Shown: positions 16,501 through 25,770, counted from the first letter of the stretch. The stretch: DNA of 26,164 nucleotides from a virus (IMGVR_UViG_3300047283_000052:1-26164); one strand, 5' to 3'. Numbers and translations: made by a program. The notes: a model not told the origin generated them from the letters alone.

Positions 16501-19500
16501 ATCCGCAGCGTCAACAGCATCCTGAAGCGCATCTGCCGTGACCTTAGCAATTTTGCTATATGCGTAGGCTATCACACCATCCGTAGGCATGAAGTCAAGA
16601 CCTCCACGGCCTATCCAGCCGTTCGAAGCAGTCGTGCTCATGAGGCCGCCAAGCCAGTTCTTGATGGCCTTACCCGTAATTATGCTACCAATACCCCCGA
16701 GTATGCTACGTGAGTTTTTCACATCGACCCGGTCTGCTACCGTTGTGCCAACCTTCTCGACGGTAGCCTGTGCATCGGTGTCGGCATCTGCGACTTTCTC
16801 ATCAGCTTCGTTTTCCTCGGGTGTCTTAAACATCATCGACGAGCCACCCATGACAGTTCCCTTACCAGAGAGAGCCTGCTCATGAGCCATGGCAAGGATG
16901 GTGCGCACCTCGCGGTCACTGAATTTAAAGTCGAAGCCAAGGTACTTACGAGCGAAGTCCTTGATGTACTTCATCAGCTTGTCCAACCGGCTTGCACGCA
17001 GTGGTCCTGCTTCCGACGCAGACGCAAGGACTTCTTCTACCGCACGTGCAGTGGGGTTCTCGTCCTTAGAATATAGGTCTTGGTTCGCACTCAGCCATTT
17101 GTCAGCCAATGCAGCTACGCCCTTATTGGTACGATAGATATCGTCCAGCACGGCGTCCAAACCTTCACGGAACCGCTCACGCAGGCCAAGGTGCCCAAGA
17201 GCCTCATGGTAGAGCGTAGGTGCGACGTCCTCAACGCTGTGCATATTGTCAGCGATAAGGTAGGCTTTGCCGTCCTTGTAGAAGCCGAACGCGTCGGTGC
17301 GGCCAAGCTTCTCGATTTCCTTACGGATAGCATCAGGCAAGTCTGCAACAGACTGCACCATCTTAGGTTCGAGACGCGCACCCCAGCGGCTCGTGATAGC
17401 CTTGACCGCGTTGTTAAGCTCTTCCAGCGTAATACCAGTAGCTTTGCCCTTGGCCCTACGGAACATAATGGGTTCGGGACGCACCTCACCCATTTCACGC
17501 CTAAACACAACTTCGCTAATAAGCCCGCGCTCATAGTTGCGCTTAAGTTGTTCAATGCGCTTCTGGCGCGTGTTTTTAATCTCCGCAAGTTTTTCACGGG
17601 TGCGCTTGTAGATACCAGACTTTGCCTTGGCTAGCTCGGCACTCTGGTCCTTGGTGCGTGCAGCAATTTCTTCCGCCCGCTTTTTGAACTCTTTCTTCTT
17701 GGCGGGGGTCAGATTGTTTTGCTTTTCGGCTAACTTTTCTTCGGCGCGAAGTTTCCGACCTTCCTCGGTGAGCGCATCAATATCGTTTTGGATCGCCGTA
17801 GCCAGCGTCCATTCACGACTCTTTGCAAGCTCCTTACCCTGTGGAGTACGTAGCATCTGTACAAGTTCAGTGCGCTCAGCGTTGTTAATTTGCCGCGCCT
17901 TACGTGCTTCGTCAATTTCAGACAGAAGCAGTTCTTGCTGCTGCTCCTGCGCAGGTGTCAGTTTACCGGCGTTTGCAGGTCCTTTCGGGGCAGCTTCAGC
18001 CACTGTTGGCTTTGCTTGTTCCAGACCCTTTGCGGCACCCGCAGGCATTTGCTTGACGGGAACGCCTTCTATAACCTGCTTGGGTTGGATTGGCGTCTGG
18101 TTGAGGATAGCGTTGCGTAGACCACCTATTGAAGTATACGCAGTGTTACCGATAGCTTTCTTTTGCCCCGCAATACCGAAGGTGTAGGGCTTAACTTTAT
18201 CCGGGTTGTAGCGCACTTCAAAGCCGGGGTTATACTGGTCAACTTCAGCTTGCAGCGCCTGCACTTCGGGGGGCAGCGCAACCTTCTCGACCGTAGCAGT
18301 CTCAGCAACCGTAGGTGTCGCTTCTTGTGCCGGGAGTTCGGGTAGTTCTTCTACTGTGGTAGGAGCAGCAATATTCTGTTCCAGCGTTCCAGCAACTTCA
18401 GAAACTTTTTGTTCGGGGACGGCAGCAGCTTCAAACGCTGTTTCTGCCTCGATAGCCTTTTCGATACCAAGCACTTTGAAGAGTGCAGACGGAGCGTCGA
18501 GACCCGGAGTGCGGACCATCTGCTGTGCGGCTATGTTAATTTGCTTTGGTGTAACCTCGAAACCTTCAAAGTCCGGCGCGGCAAGTGTAGTGTTCAACAT
18601 CTCCGTAGCGGCAGTAATCCGCTCAGGAGTTACGAGCTTCTTTGCTTTTGGAAGCGCCATGACCGGAGGGGCTTCTACAGCAGGTGCCTCTACAGCAGGT
18701 GCGGGTGCAGACGTAATAGGCGCAGCTTCTTCTACGACCTGCGTAGGTGCAGGTTTGATAGGCGCAACTTCTTCTACGGCTGGCGCAAGCTGCTTAGCAA
18801 TCTGGGCTTGCGGGCTTACCTCTTCTATAGGTGGGATAATCGGTGCGGGCTTCAGTGCAGGCTCGACAGCTCCTTCACGTGCCATAGGTTGTCCAGTAGG
18901 AACGCCAACTCCTCCCACTGGTCCTCCCTCAACATCTGTAGATGGTCCGGCAGGTTCTGTATCGGTATCTGGTGGGCTAACACTTGAAACAGCAGGCTCA
19001 CCTCCTCCAACGTCAAGTTCTTCAGCAACATCGGGTTCCTCCGTCGGCTCAGTATCTGCTTTGGCCCTACCCCGTTCAGCTACTGCTTGTTCAACAGCCT
19101 CTATTGGAGTGGCACTAGCATCAATTTGCATAATCTCAGCAGCGCGTGCACGGATAGCGGGGTCTTGTGCTTCCGGCATTCCGGTGGCTTCGATTTCTCC
19201 CTTAAAACCCTCTAGGTCTGCAGCAAGTTCTTCGTCTGTAGCAATAGGACCCGGCGCGGACTGTCCCGGAATACCACCCACACCACCAAGGACGCCACCT
19301 GCCAGAGCTTCAAACGCAGCCTGACCGGCCACACCAGCCATAAGGTCGGTGTCATATCCTTCGCGTCGTTCAGCGAGATTTTGTGCAAACCGTTCTTGGC
19401 CAGCCTGAGCAGCTTCAGGTATTGCTTCTGCCCCAGCCCCTGTGGCCACACGCCGTGCGATGCCGCGTGTAGCTTCTTTTTCAACGACGCCCTCAACGAC

Positions 19501-20262
19501 ATCTTCGATTGCACTTTTGGCGATTGCGCGTCCAAGCACCTTATCGAAACCTGTAGCGCCAGCAACGGCACCAAGTGCGCCACCCAAGGCGACTTGATCT
19601 AAGTTTTTACCTCCGTAAGCCTGCGCTTCTTCGGCCATAGCTTTTGCTTGTTCTTCGGATGCACCAGCTTCTTTCGCACGTGCATACACGGCATCGCTTA
19701 TGCTACCTTTAACAGTACCTACACCGGATGCAGCACCGAGGGCACCAATCACGGGGAGGCCAGCACCAGACGCAGCGGCAGCGGCAAATGGAAGCGCGGA
19801 ACCTGTGACGTTAGCAAGCGTGTCGAGCGGGTTAACAGCAAACGAACGAGCCGCAGCTTTAACTTCTTCCCAGATACCCTTACCCTCTGCAGCCTTACGG
19901 ATAGCGGCGGCGGTCTTCTCGTCTTGACGCGACTGGGCCGATGTCAGGCTTTCTGCATACTGGGCTACGGTCTCAAGTGCATTGGAAGCCATGTTCTCAG
20001 CACCGAACACATCGGTGAAGCTCTTACCCGTATTGGCCAACCCAGAGACAACATTGAGCGGAATGTCCGCAGCACCGGCCAACAACCCGCCGACCACGGG
20101 GACTTTCTCAAGAAGGTTCTCTTCTTCCTTGGGGCCTTGAGGTCCACCTCCACCCGCTTGCTGTTTAACGAACGCAAATATTTCATCCGGGCTAGCTGTG
20201 TCAGCGGCGCGAACGTCGTAAATACGCCCGTTATATTGGACAGAATAAATCCGGTCGGGCAT
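13561..20262 (-). CDS. Giant internal virion / ejection protein (large polyvalent protein type), 2233 aa
   Basis: Gly/Ala-rich hydrophobic N-terminus, long Pro/Glu/Ala linker, zincin-like LYHEALGH..EE, PLxRFG-like YFPKRRYG, helical C-terminus with hydrophobic segments; last gene of the virion arm. Confidence 0.8.
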   Translation of the reverse strand: MPDRIYSVQYNGRIYDVRAADTASPDEIFAFVKQQAGGGGPQGPKEEENLLEKVPVVGGLLAGAADIPLNVVSGLANTGKSFTDVFGAENMASNALETVAQYAESLTSAQSRQDEKTAAAIRKAAEGKGIWEEVKAAARSFAVNPLDTLANVTGSALPFAAAAASGAGLPVIGALGAASGVGTVKGSISDAVYARAKEAGASEEQAKAMAEEAQAYGGKNLDQVALGGALGAVAGATGFDKVLGRAIAKSAIEDVVEGVVEKEATRGIARRVATGAGAEAIPEAAQAGQERFAQNLAERREGYDTDLMAGVAGQAAFEALAGGVLGGVGGIPGQSAPGPIATDEELAADLEGFKGEIEATGMPEAQDPAIRARAAEIMQIDASATPIEAVEQAVAERGRAKADTEPTEEPDVAEELDVGGGEPAVSSVSPPDTDTEPAGPSTDVEGGPVGGVGVPTGQPMAREGAVEPALKPAPIIPPIEEVSPQAQIAKQLAPAVEEVAPIKPAPTQVVEEAAPITSAPAPAVEAPAVEAPPVMALPKAKKLVTPERITAATEMLNTTLAAPDFEGFEVTPKQINIAAQQMVRTPGLDAPSALFKVLGIEKAIEAETAFEAAAVPEQKVSEVAGTLEQNIAAPTTVEELPELPAQEATPTVAETATVEKVALPPEVQALQAEVDQYNPGFEVRYNPDKVKPYTFGIAGQKKAIGNTAYTSIGGLRNAILNQTPIQPKQVIEGVPVKQMPAGAAKGLEQAKPTVAEAAPKGPANAGKLTPAQEQQQELLLSEIDEARKARQINNAERTELVQMLRTPQGKELAKSREWTLATAIQNDIDALTEEGRKLRAEEKLAEKQNNLTPAKKKEFKKRAEEIAARTKDQSAELAKAKSGIYKRTREKLAEIKNTRQKRIEQLKRNYERGLISEVVFRREMGEVRPEPIMFRRAKGKATGITLEELNNAVKAITSRWGARLEPKMVQSVADLPDAIRKEIEKLGRTDAFGFYKDGKAYLIADNMHSVEDVAPTLYHEALGHLGLRERFREGLDAVLDDIYRTNKGVAALADKWLSANQDLYSKDENPTARAVEEVLASASEAGPLRASRLDKLMKYIKDFARKYLGFDFKFSDREVRTILAMAHEQALSGKGTVMGGSSMMFKTPEENEADEKVADADTDAQATVEKVGTTVADRVDVKNSRSILGGIGSIITGKAIKNWLGGLMSTTASNGWIGRGGLDFMPTDGVIAYAYSKIAKVTADALQDAVDAADKMNGTRAATRRLLNRITSDLKSYLLSDADPIMVGKEKRKALPVAMDHGNYYNIDMVSLMDAKSREDALKTDQIWRRYTKLLKDPALTPENKKKFEGKLAKREAEIDGALDILSKLGAEGRKLYTRIRNANRDMQLRRQYLMDKRIENLRDAGLSDETVSKMAIAIRAEQERLNDKVNAPSKEDAHLDYPEVPLGLFHREYFPKRRYGNYWLRIKKTPYGEPILRFYETMAERDADMEAAAKQFNLDKENANHIQAGNDVKTQLGDDFDADNAFIKILNKISEIDVGTFTEAKKNQLRNDVYQMHLLNTPEGSGRKQFIKSKNRLGWSSDILRTFGATAEEYASDVSRLRYSPEIDRAIQAAKKSIGAVPDVGKDEEDKISISSSEQTLARDFISSIEKRIEGEMEPQPSGLATKIVPWMNQLAFVSFLTAPATALVQVTALPMRVAPNLWGKYGMANTTRAMGRYMNVFKNLPKFENKEKGKRKTFRIPTLMESNIIKNSGRHRDALTRATNEYGLIMPLSEFLMGDKRTALSGLESSVAETREKIYDAMTYLFDTSEQLTREVAFMATYDLEYDKLANAGLSSEERQNKAIIAAKDTVNYTLGNYTNLNRPPVMKGSELARALFLFKQYSVITTTFFVQATRAIFGKNTPRDERTAAMKEMTGVLGMGFLMGGVVGLPLYTLGMMTLQALQDATDDDEDRKKRMLENPLTADSVEMQFRYEWLPEHFGQPMLTAANGKQIKLSDIILNGAVSEATGWNFGSRVSLDLAGMWFRSPKDAETWTQTVNNALVENIPGASASLNMVAMGEEFAKGDVLKGLELGLPAMVRAPIKAYRLSEEGVRTQTEKIKLRAEDISNAEIIGAALGFNPTQVAKVQQQNRDVLNRYEGLKDEKTELLGAYKQAVRRIQNGDADGQEKAREAVEDIMEFNKKVGNPYFGISYANMYRSLTSSAAEAKYDIQGMGLNEVESLYADKLLNPK

Positions 20263-20273
20263 GTCTTACCTCA

Positions 20274-21821
20274 CTATACTGGTCGAGAACCTAACAGTAC
20301 AGGTTGTTGACCTCCTGCGCCACTCGTTTGTGGGGTGACACCGGGCAGTGCTTCCATACCTGATTGGCTACTGCCAAGTAACCCGTCAGTCTTCATCTGC
20401 TTGAGTATCGAAACTTCGCTAGCTCCGGGGTACGACTTTTGGTACATAGCAAACTTAGTGTCGAAATCAGATGGGTTTTGTGTACGGTACATAGCAGCTG
20501 CAAGAGTAGCGGCCCGGTCCTTCTCACCTTCACTAACACGAGTAGCAAGTTCTTTTTCTTGGAACGCTAACGTACGTTCAGCTTGCTCTGCCGTTACGCC
20601 AAGCTTGTAGGCGTCCATACCAAATTCAAGGGCAGCTGTAGCGGTCTTACGGTCGAGTTCTTCGTATGCCATAAGGTTACGGATCGCTTCGTTCTTGGCA
20701 GCTTTTTGCTCTTTCTTCGAGTCTCCACGAGCTGCCATGTAGGCTGCCCCCGCTTTTGCGATAGACGCACTTAACGGTCCGGTTTCACCCATTAATGTGA
20801 AACCAGCCTGCATCATGGCTTCGGCTTCACCGAGCCTTTCTTGTTTCTTTATATTTTCAGGATCAAGTTCTTTAAGCGTTTCTGCTTTTGCACGCTCCAT
20901 CGCTTCACGGGGGAGGCCAGAAAACATGCTATTCGCAAACGCAATCTGGTCCTCAAGGGACATACCCCGACCTGCGAATGTGTTAGTATCTACTTCACGA
21001 GGGAGAGGAGCAGATGAACGCCTACCTCCGGGACCCGGCTCTAAATGTAAATGGTCAAAGTGGCCCTTGCTGTTGAAGACAGCATCAGTACCCTTAAGTT
21101 CCGGTATAGCTTTTACCCTATTCCCAAACTCAGTTAGCGACATACCCTTAGGTGGCACAAAGTCACGCGCTTGATCGGTCTTATGAAAACTATTAGGTAC
21201 ACCACCTACTTGTGCGTTTTTGGCAGCGCTTCTCTGACGACTTGTTACAATCGTTCCGGGTATATATTGCGTGACTATTCTTTCAAAACGCTGGCCGTCG
21301 GTTTCTCTGGGTGCACCACCAGCAGCAAACGCAACCATGCCGCCACCTGCGTAGCCGTCATTGAAGCCACCATTGCTTGGCTCATCGAACATACCATCAG
21401 GCACAGGGACATCAGATAGACCACCACCAGAAGCATAAGGGGGCACCATGCCGCCTTCAGCCATCATAGGCATTTCTTCAGTGGGCATTTCCATCTGCGG
21501 CGGAGGTGGAGGAGCACCCATTTCTGGTGGAGGTCCCATAGGCGGCATAGCTGCAGCTTGCGGCGTAGCACCAAGACCCGCAGGAGGTGCAGGAGGGGCC
21601 GGGGGCGCAGGAGGCGCAAATGTTTGTTGGGCTACCGTCTGTTGTGGAGCAGCTTCTTGCTGTGCAGCGGAGCGCATACGGTCAATAAACATACCTGCCA
21701 ATGTGCCAGCCGTAGGGTCAAGAATGCCCATCTGCATAGCTTCGGCAATCTTCTGTTTGTTGCCACCGTAGTCCTTAGCAATCTGTTCCGGGGACTGTAT
21801 GCTAAATGGTTTAGTTTCCAC
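20274..21821 (-). CDS. Internal virion protein with a peptidase M15-like peptidoglycan hydrolase domain
   Basis: VTSRQRS..KNAQVGGVPNSFH...ARD...HLH; Pro-rich linker; AxGG repeats; GGAGGA SD before GTG. Confidence 0.8.
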   Translation of the reverse strand: METKPFSIQSPEQIAKDYGGNKQKIAEAMQMGILDPTAGTLAGMFIDRMRSAAQQEAAPQQTVAQQTFAPPAPPAPPAPPAGLGATPQAAAMPPMGPPPEMGAPPPPPQMEMPTEEMPMMAEGGMVPPYASGGGLSDVPVPDGMFDEPSNGGFNDGYAGGGMVAFAAGGAPRETDGQRFERIVTQYIPGTIVTSRQRSAAKNAQVGGVPNSFHKTDQARDFVPPKGMSLTEFGNRVKAIPELKGTDAVFNSKGHFDHLHLEPGPGGRRSSAPLPREVDTNTFAGRGMSLEDQIAFANSMFSGLPREAMERAKAETLKELDPENIKKQERLGEAEAMMQAGFTLMGETGPLSASIAKAGAAYMAARGDSKKEQKAAKNEAIRNLMAYEELDRKTATAALEFGMDAYKLGVTAEQAERTLAFQEKELATRVSEGEKDRAATLAAAMYRTQNPSDFDTKFAMYQKSYPGASEVSILKQMKTDGLLGSSQSGMEALPGVTPQTSGAGGQQPVLLGSRPV

Positions 21822-21823
21822 GA

Positions 21824-23536
21824 TTATCCTCCACGGAACGTATTATATATACCAGCCGCAGCAAGACCACCGCCTAATAGTGTCTGCCCTACGCCCGGTG
21901 CCGGAGCACTTTCTGTGCGTGTAGTTTGTGTAGCTTGTGGCACACCGCTCATAAGGTTAGCGTAACGCTGGTACTGCATGTACGGATAGTCGGCTTCCCG
22001 CAAGAAGTCTCCATAGTCAAGGTCACGCCGCTGCTGGCCAAGAGCTTGCTCCTGTGCCGCTGTGGAAGTCTGCAAGCCGTAACGTGCAAGGTCCGCATTC
22101 TGCTGCGCCGAACCGATATTAGAGAGTGTTTGTCCGAACTGACCCAACTGACCGAAAGCAGCTAGTCCTTGACCTGCACCAAACTGACGCGACTGCTCAC
22201 GCATACGCTGGCGCTCAAGGTCCGCCTGCTGGTTCGCCCGAAGAGCTTCAAGTCCGGTGGATGCACCCAGACGTTGCGTCTCAAGTGCGGCCTGCAAGTT
22301 TTGCTGGCCCGTGGTGAGTTGTGCCTGCTGGTTGGCCAAGGCAGCCTGCATGGCTTGTTGTTGGTTAAGACCTTGCTGCTGAAGCTGCGCCGCCAAATTC
22401 TGGACATTAGCCTGCGAAGCGGCGTCAAGGTTAGCAAGTGAGGCACGTAGGTCTGTCTCGGTACCAAGCTGCTGCGTTTGCAGGTTGGCCATAAGATTCT
22501 GCTGACCTGTGGTTAGCCCCGCTTGCTGGTTGGCCAGCGCAGCACGCATCGACTGCTCGGCATTCATACCCTGAGCTTGGAACTGCTGGGCTTGGTTATT
22601 AACACGTGCCTGCTGCTCTTTGTCAAGGTTAGCCAAAGCCGCCTGTAGACCCGTCTGGGTGCCAAGCTGTTGCTGCTGGAGTGCCGCTTGGAGATTCTCA
22701 CGTCCGGCTGTCATACCCGCTGCACGGTCACGCTCAAACTGGGCTTGCGCACTTTCGTACGCTGCCTGACGTCCACGAGCCTCGATATCACCAAGCTGCT
22801 GACCAAGATTACGCTCACGCTCAAGACCAGCAAGTAGCTGACGGCTACCACCATAAGTGCCCTGACGTGCGGCACCAAGGTCTTGAACAAGCTGCGATTG
22901 CTTCGCACTGCGGATAGCTTCGCGCTTCTGTGGCTCCATTACGGCTTCCGCAAAAGGCGACATGTACTGCTGAGCCTGCACGCCACCAAACTGCTGTGGA
23001 GCATCCATACGGAACTGCTCAAGCGGACCTTGGCCATACGTAGTCTGCGCTGCCTGCATATCTTGCGACTGCACATTGCTACCTTGCACATTACCCGGCT
23101 GCTGCATTTGGAAGTAATTCAAGTTTGGTGTGAAACCAGTCTGAGCGGCTTGCATCTGGGGTGTGCCGTATTGCTGAGCACGCACATTACGTACTGGACC
23201 CATACTATACTGCTGCAGGTTGGGCATACCGATTTGCTGAGCACCAAACTGACCGGGATTATACTGCGCATTGGCAAGTGTGCCTTGCGCGGCAGTGTTC
23301 ATAAAATTGGAAGCCTGACCAAACTGACCCGGTGTCTGCATACCAGCAATTTGGTTTTGAAGGTTTTTCTGCTGCTGCGTAAACCCTTCGAGGCGGTCGC
23401 CCCCTTGGTAGATAGGCATATCGGTACGCAAAAGACCCTGCGCACCCTGCATAAGGGTGTTATAGTAAGGCAGTTGGGCCGCACCGATATTCGATGTGGT
23501 CTGAATAACATTTTGAGTAGTAGTTTTAGAGGCCAT
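21824..23536 (-). CDS. Gln-rich DNA ejection / pilot-like protein
   Basis: QQYMSPF..V, GTYGGSRQ, long Q/N/A-rich coiled coil with 66-aa repeats, hydrophobic Gly-rich C-terminus. Confidence 0.75.
   Translation of the reverse strand: MASKTTTQNVIQTTSNIGAAQLPYYNTLMQGAQGLLRTDMPIYQGGDRLEGFTQQQKNLQNQIAGMQTPGQFGQASNFMNTAAQGTLANAQYNPGQFGAQQIGMPNLQQYSMGPVRNVRAQQYGTPQMQAAQTGFTPNLNYFQMQQPGNVQGSNVQSQDMQAAQTTYGQGPLEQFRMDAPQQFGGVQAQQYMSPFAEAVMEPQKREAIRSAKQSQLVQDLGAARQGTYGGSRQLLAGLERERNLGQQLGDIEARGRQAAYESAQAQFERDRAAGMTAGRENLQAALQQQQLGTQTGLQAALANLDKEQQARVNNQAQQFQAQGMNAEQSMRAALANQQAGLTTGQQNLMANLQTQQLGTETDLRASLANLDAASQANVQNLAAQLQQQGLNQQQAMQAALANQQAQLTTGQQNLQAALETQRLGASTGLEALRANQQADLERQRMREQSRQFGAGQGLAAFGQLGQFGQTLSNIGSAQQNADLARYGLQTSTAAQEQALGQQRRDLDYGDFLREADYPYMQYQRYANLMSGVPQATQTTRTESAPAPGVGQTLLGGGLAAAGIYNTFRGG
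22220..22714 (-). repeat. About 2.5 imperfect 198-bp (66-aa, 6x11) coding repeats
   Basis: Units start at 22714 (MTAGRENL), 22516 (LTTGQQNL) and 22318 (LTTGQQNL). Confidence 0.85.
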
Positions 23537-23542
23537 TACAAA

Positions 23543-25033
23543 TCATCCTAGTCCACGACGCAGTTTGGTATCTTGCCCACGCTCTGCTTTCTTGCGGGCC
23601 GCGTGTGCCTTGTTCATAAGCGAGTACAGTTTATCAGTGCCCTTCTTTGCACTACCTTTTCCTAGGCGTTTAACTGCTTCTGGTGGGAACAGCACTTCGT
23701 CGCGGGCAACACGTGCTTCTTGCTTGCCGCCTATACTTGCGCGTATCGAGTCACTCACTCCGTCACCGGGTCCTTGCAGTGGCTGTCCACCCATACGGGA
23801 TAAAAACTCCATGCCAGCATTGCTGCTGCCATTACCAAGCTCTGATACCGTGCGTGCATCGACTACAAAAGAACCGTTGCGCATGTTCACCGGACCACCA
23901 TCGGCGTAGCCTTCTTCTTCGGGATCGACGCCACCCATGTAGGTAACCGGCACAAAGTTGTACATGTTCTGGCCCTTCTTGGCCTTCGGATTTAGCACTG
24001 GCTGCATAATCTGCGTACCGCGTACTGTGCTGGAACCGGGCTGTACTACCTGCCCCATGGTGTTATAGATTTCAGGCATACCTATTGCGAAGTGCCTGCG
24101 CTGCTTAGATGACGTAGGGTCTCCAAGGTCCATGATTTGCTTGCGGTCCTGCGCATAGTATGGGCCTTGATACGAGTTATCAATCTGACCATCCGGCCCC
24201 ATCGAACCACCCGAAGGTGTCATCGCGCCGCTAATACCCTGTATGGCACCAGAAGCAGCCAGTGGAACCGCAGCCTTACCAAGAAGCCCCGTCATATTAC
24301 CTTTAGCGGTATTAGCAAAACCCTGTGCAAACTTACCTAAGACACCGGGGGCGGCAGTTTGGCCAGCAGCTTGGCTAATAGCGCCGGGCAGATTTCCGGT
24401 TACCTTAACAGCACCCTCTACAGCAGGCAGTCCTAACGGGTTAGCCACATTACCCGCCACATTCTGAGCGACGTTTCCAGCAGTAGCACCCGCCGTGTTA
24501 GTTGCTGCTGTTTTAGCAAGTGCGCCCTGAACACCACCAGCCAATGAAGCACCCCCATAGGCACCCAGACCTGCGGAAATACCCTTTTTGATGTCACCAG
24601 TTACTGCCGCTGTACCAAGACCTGTCATAAGTCCAGCCTGTAATGCGGTGCTAAGACCCTTAATAGCTAACCCAGAACCCGGAAGTATAAAATTCATACC
24701 AATACCTAGCAACGTAGGCAGTAGTTTCTTAAGGATGCCCGCTTCGGGTAGGCCGGTTTCCGGGTTAATTGTAAGTGAACCACCATGCGCCATGGCCAGA
24801 CCCTGAAGGCTGTTAACCTCTTCAGGTGTCATGTGGACGAGCATCGAGTCTTCACCGCGCCCCTGCGACTGCAGCTGTCGTGCCATCGGATTAGCCGTCA
24901 CAGACAAGCCACCTTGCGAGGGCAGGCCACCAGACATCCCCGGAATCTGCTGTCCAAGCACGGGAGGGTTGCCGACCGGGGGTTGCCCAGTGTTCATTTC
25001 TGCGTATGTTGGCGGAGCAGCCTGCATGTCCAT
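23543..25033 (-). CDS. Gly-rich internal virion / ejection protein
   Basis: GRGEDSMLVH..TINPETGLPE motif, Gly-rich hydrophobic helices, C-terminal GPGDGVSDSI..DEVLF domain of the kind seen in phage tape-measure/internal proteins. Confidence 0.7.
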   Translation of the reverse strand: MDMQAAPPTYAEMNTGQPPVGNPPVLGQQIPGMSGGLPSQGGLSVTANPMARQLQSQGRGEDSMLVHMTPEEVNSLQGLAMAHGGSLTINPETGLPEAGILKKLLPTLLGIGMNFILPGSGLAIKGLSTALQAGLMTGLGTAAVTGDIKKGISAGLGAYGGASLAGGVQGALAKTAATNTAGATAGNVAQNVAGNVANPLGLPAVEGAVKVTGNLPGAISQAAGQTAAPGVLGKFAQGFANTAKGNMTGLLGKAAVPLAASGAIQGISGAMTPSGGSMGPDGQIDNSYQGPYYAQDRKQIMDLGDPTSSKQRRHFAIGMPEIYNTMGQVVQPGSSTVRGTQIMQPVLNPKAKKGQNMYNFVPVTYMGGVDPEEEGYADGGPVNMRNGSFVVDARTVSELGNGSSNAGMEFLSRMGGQPLQGPGDGVSDSIRASIGGKQEARVARDEVLFPPEAVKRLGKGSAKKGTDKLYSLMNKAHAARKKAERGQDTKLRRGLG

Positions 25034-25058
25034 TGCGATATCCTACCTTGTACCTACG

Positions 25059-25092
25059 CTTATAGCGCTAATCTGTCCAAAACTAAAGCCCT
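25059..25092 (-). promoter_or_regulatory. Putative promoter for the ejection-gene cluster, AGGGCTTTA-N19-TATA
   Basis: - strand reads TTTAGT-17-TATAAG (GCTATAA) in the 65-nt gap upstream of ATG 25033. Confidence 0.55.
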
Positions 25093-25098
25093 TACGCA

Positions 25099-25770
25099 TC
25101 ATGTTATCTCCGACACGAACTCGACCTGCACAATAGCCGAAGGGGTAGCAGGAATAGCGGGGGTAACACCGGCTGAATAAGTCACTGCGGGGAAGTGCTC
25201 AAGTGTGACACTGGTGCTCGTGGCGTGCCACATAAGCTGAATATAGTCGTTTGCCGCCAACTCGACCATGACGGATGTAGCAGCGATGAGATGCGAGGCT
25301 GTACCTGTGCTTTTGCGTGGCGGTATCGAGAACCGACTATTAGTGTCGGGGATATCCGTACCGTTCTTACGTATCCAAATATCAATGTCTTGTAGGTCGT
25401 TGGTTGTGTTCTTTAGTTGAAGACTAAACGTGACGTTGTATACACCTTCGTTCGGGACCGTAAGCCGAGAGCCGCTACTTAGCGTAACCCCATCCAAGAA
25501 GTCAGATTGGTCATAGGTAATTGCGTAAGCCACATCAATAGCAGCAATCGTCTGGTCTGTTTGGCTCTGAAACTGCCCATACGGGAATGATAAGTGGACC
25601 CCACTTCCGTAGAAAAAGTCAGCCGTGTAGCTCTGGGCATAGTTCGGCGTGTTGCTGTCCAACTGCGAGAAGTAAGTTTCAAGCACACGGATAAGCTGCC
25701 GCACATACTGTGGGTCGTATTCCGACGGTGCGTTGGGTAGCGGGGCTGCCTTAAACTTCGTAAGTGCCAT
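25099..25770 (-). CDS. Tail protein with a C1q/TNF-like beta-sandwich
   Basis: GVYNVTFSLQL and VELAANDYIQLMW strands; N-terminal LPNAPSEYD helix; follows the gp10-like gene. Confidence 0.65.
   Translation of the reverse strand: MALTKFKAAPLPNAPSEYDPQYVRQLIRVLETYFSQLDSNTPNYAQSYTADFFYGSGVHLSFPYGQFQSQTDQTIAAIDVAYAITYDQSDFLDGVTLSSGSRLTVPNEGVYNVTFSLQLKNTTNDLQDIDIWIRKNGTDIPDTNSRFSIPPRKSTGTASHLIAATSVMVELAANDYIQLMWHATSTSVTLEHFPAVTYSAGVTPAIPATPSAIVQVEFVSEIT

Noticed and set aside
18356-19324. 322-aa + strand ORF
   Set aside because: Antisense shadow of the Pro/Glu/Ala-rich part of the giant gene; Ser/Gly/Ala-biased with no motif or RBS.
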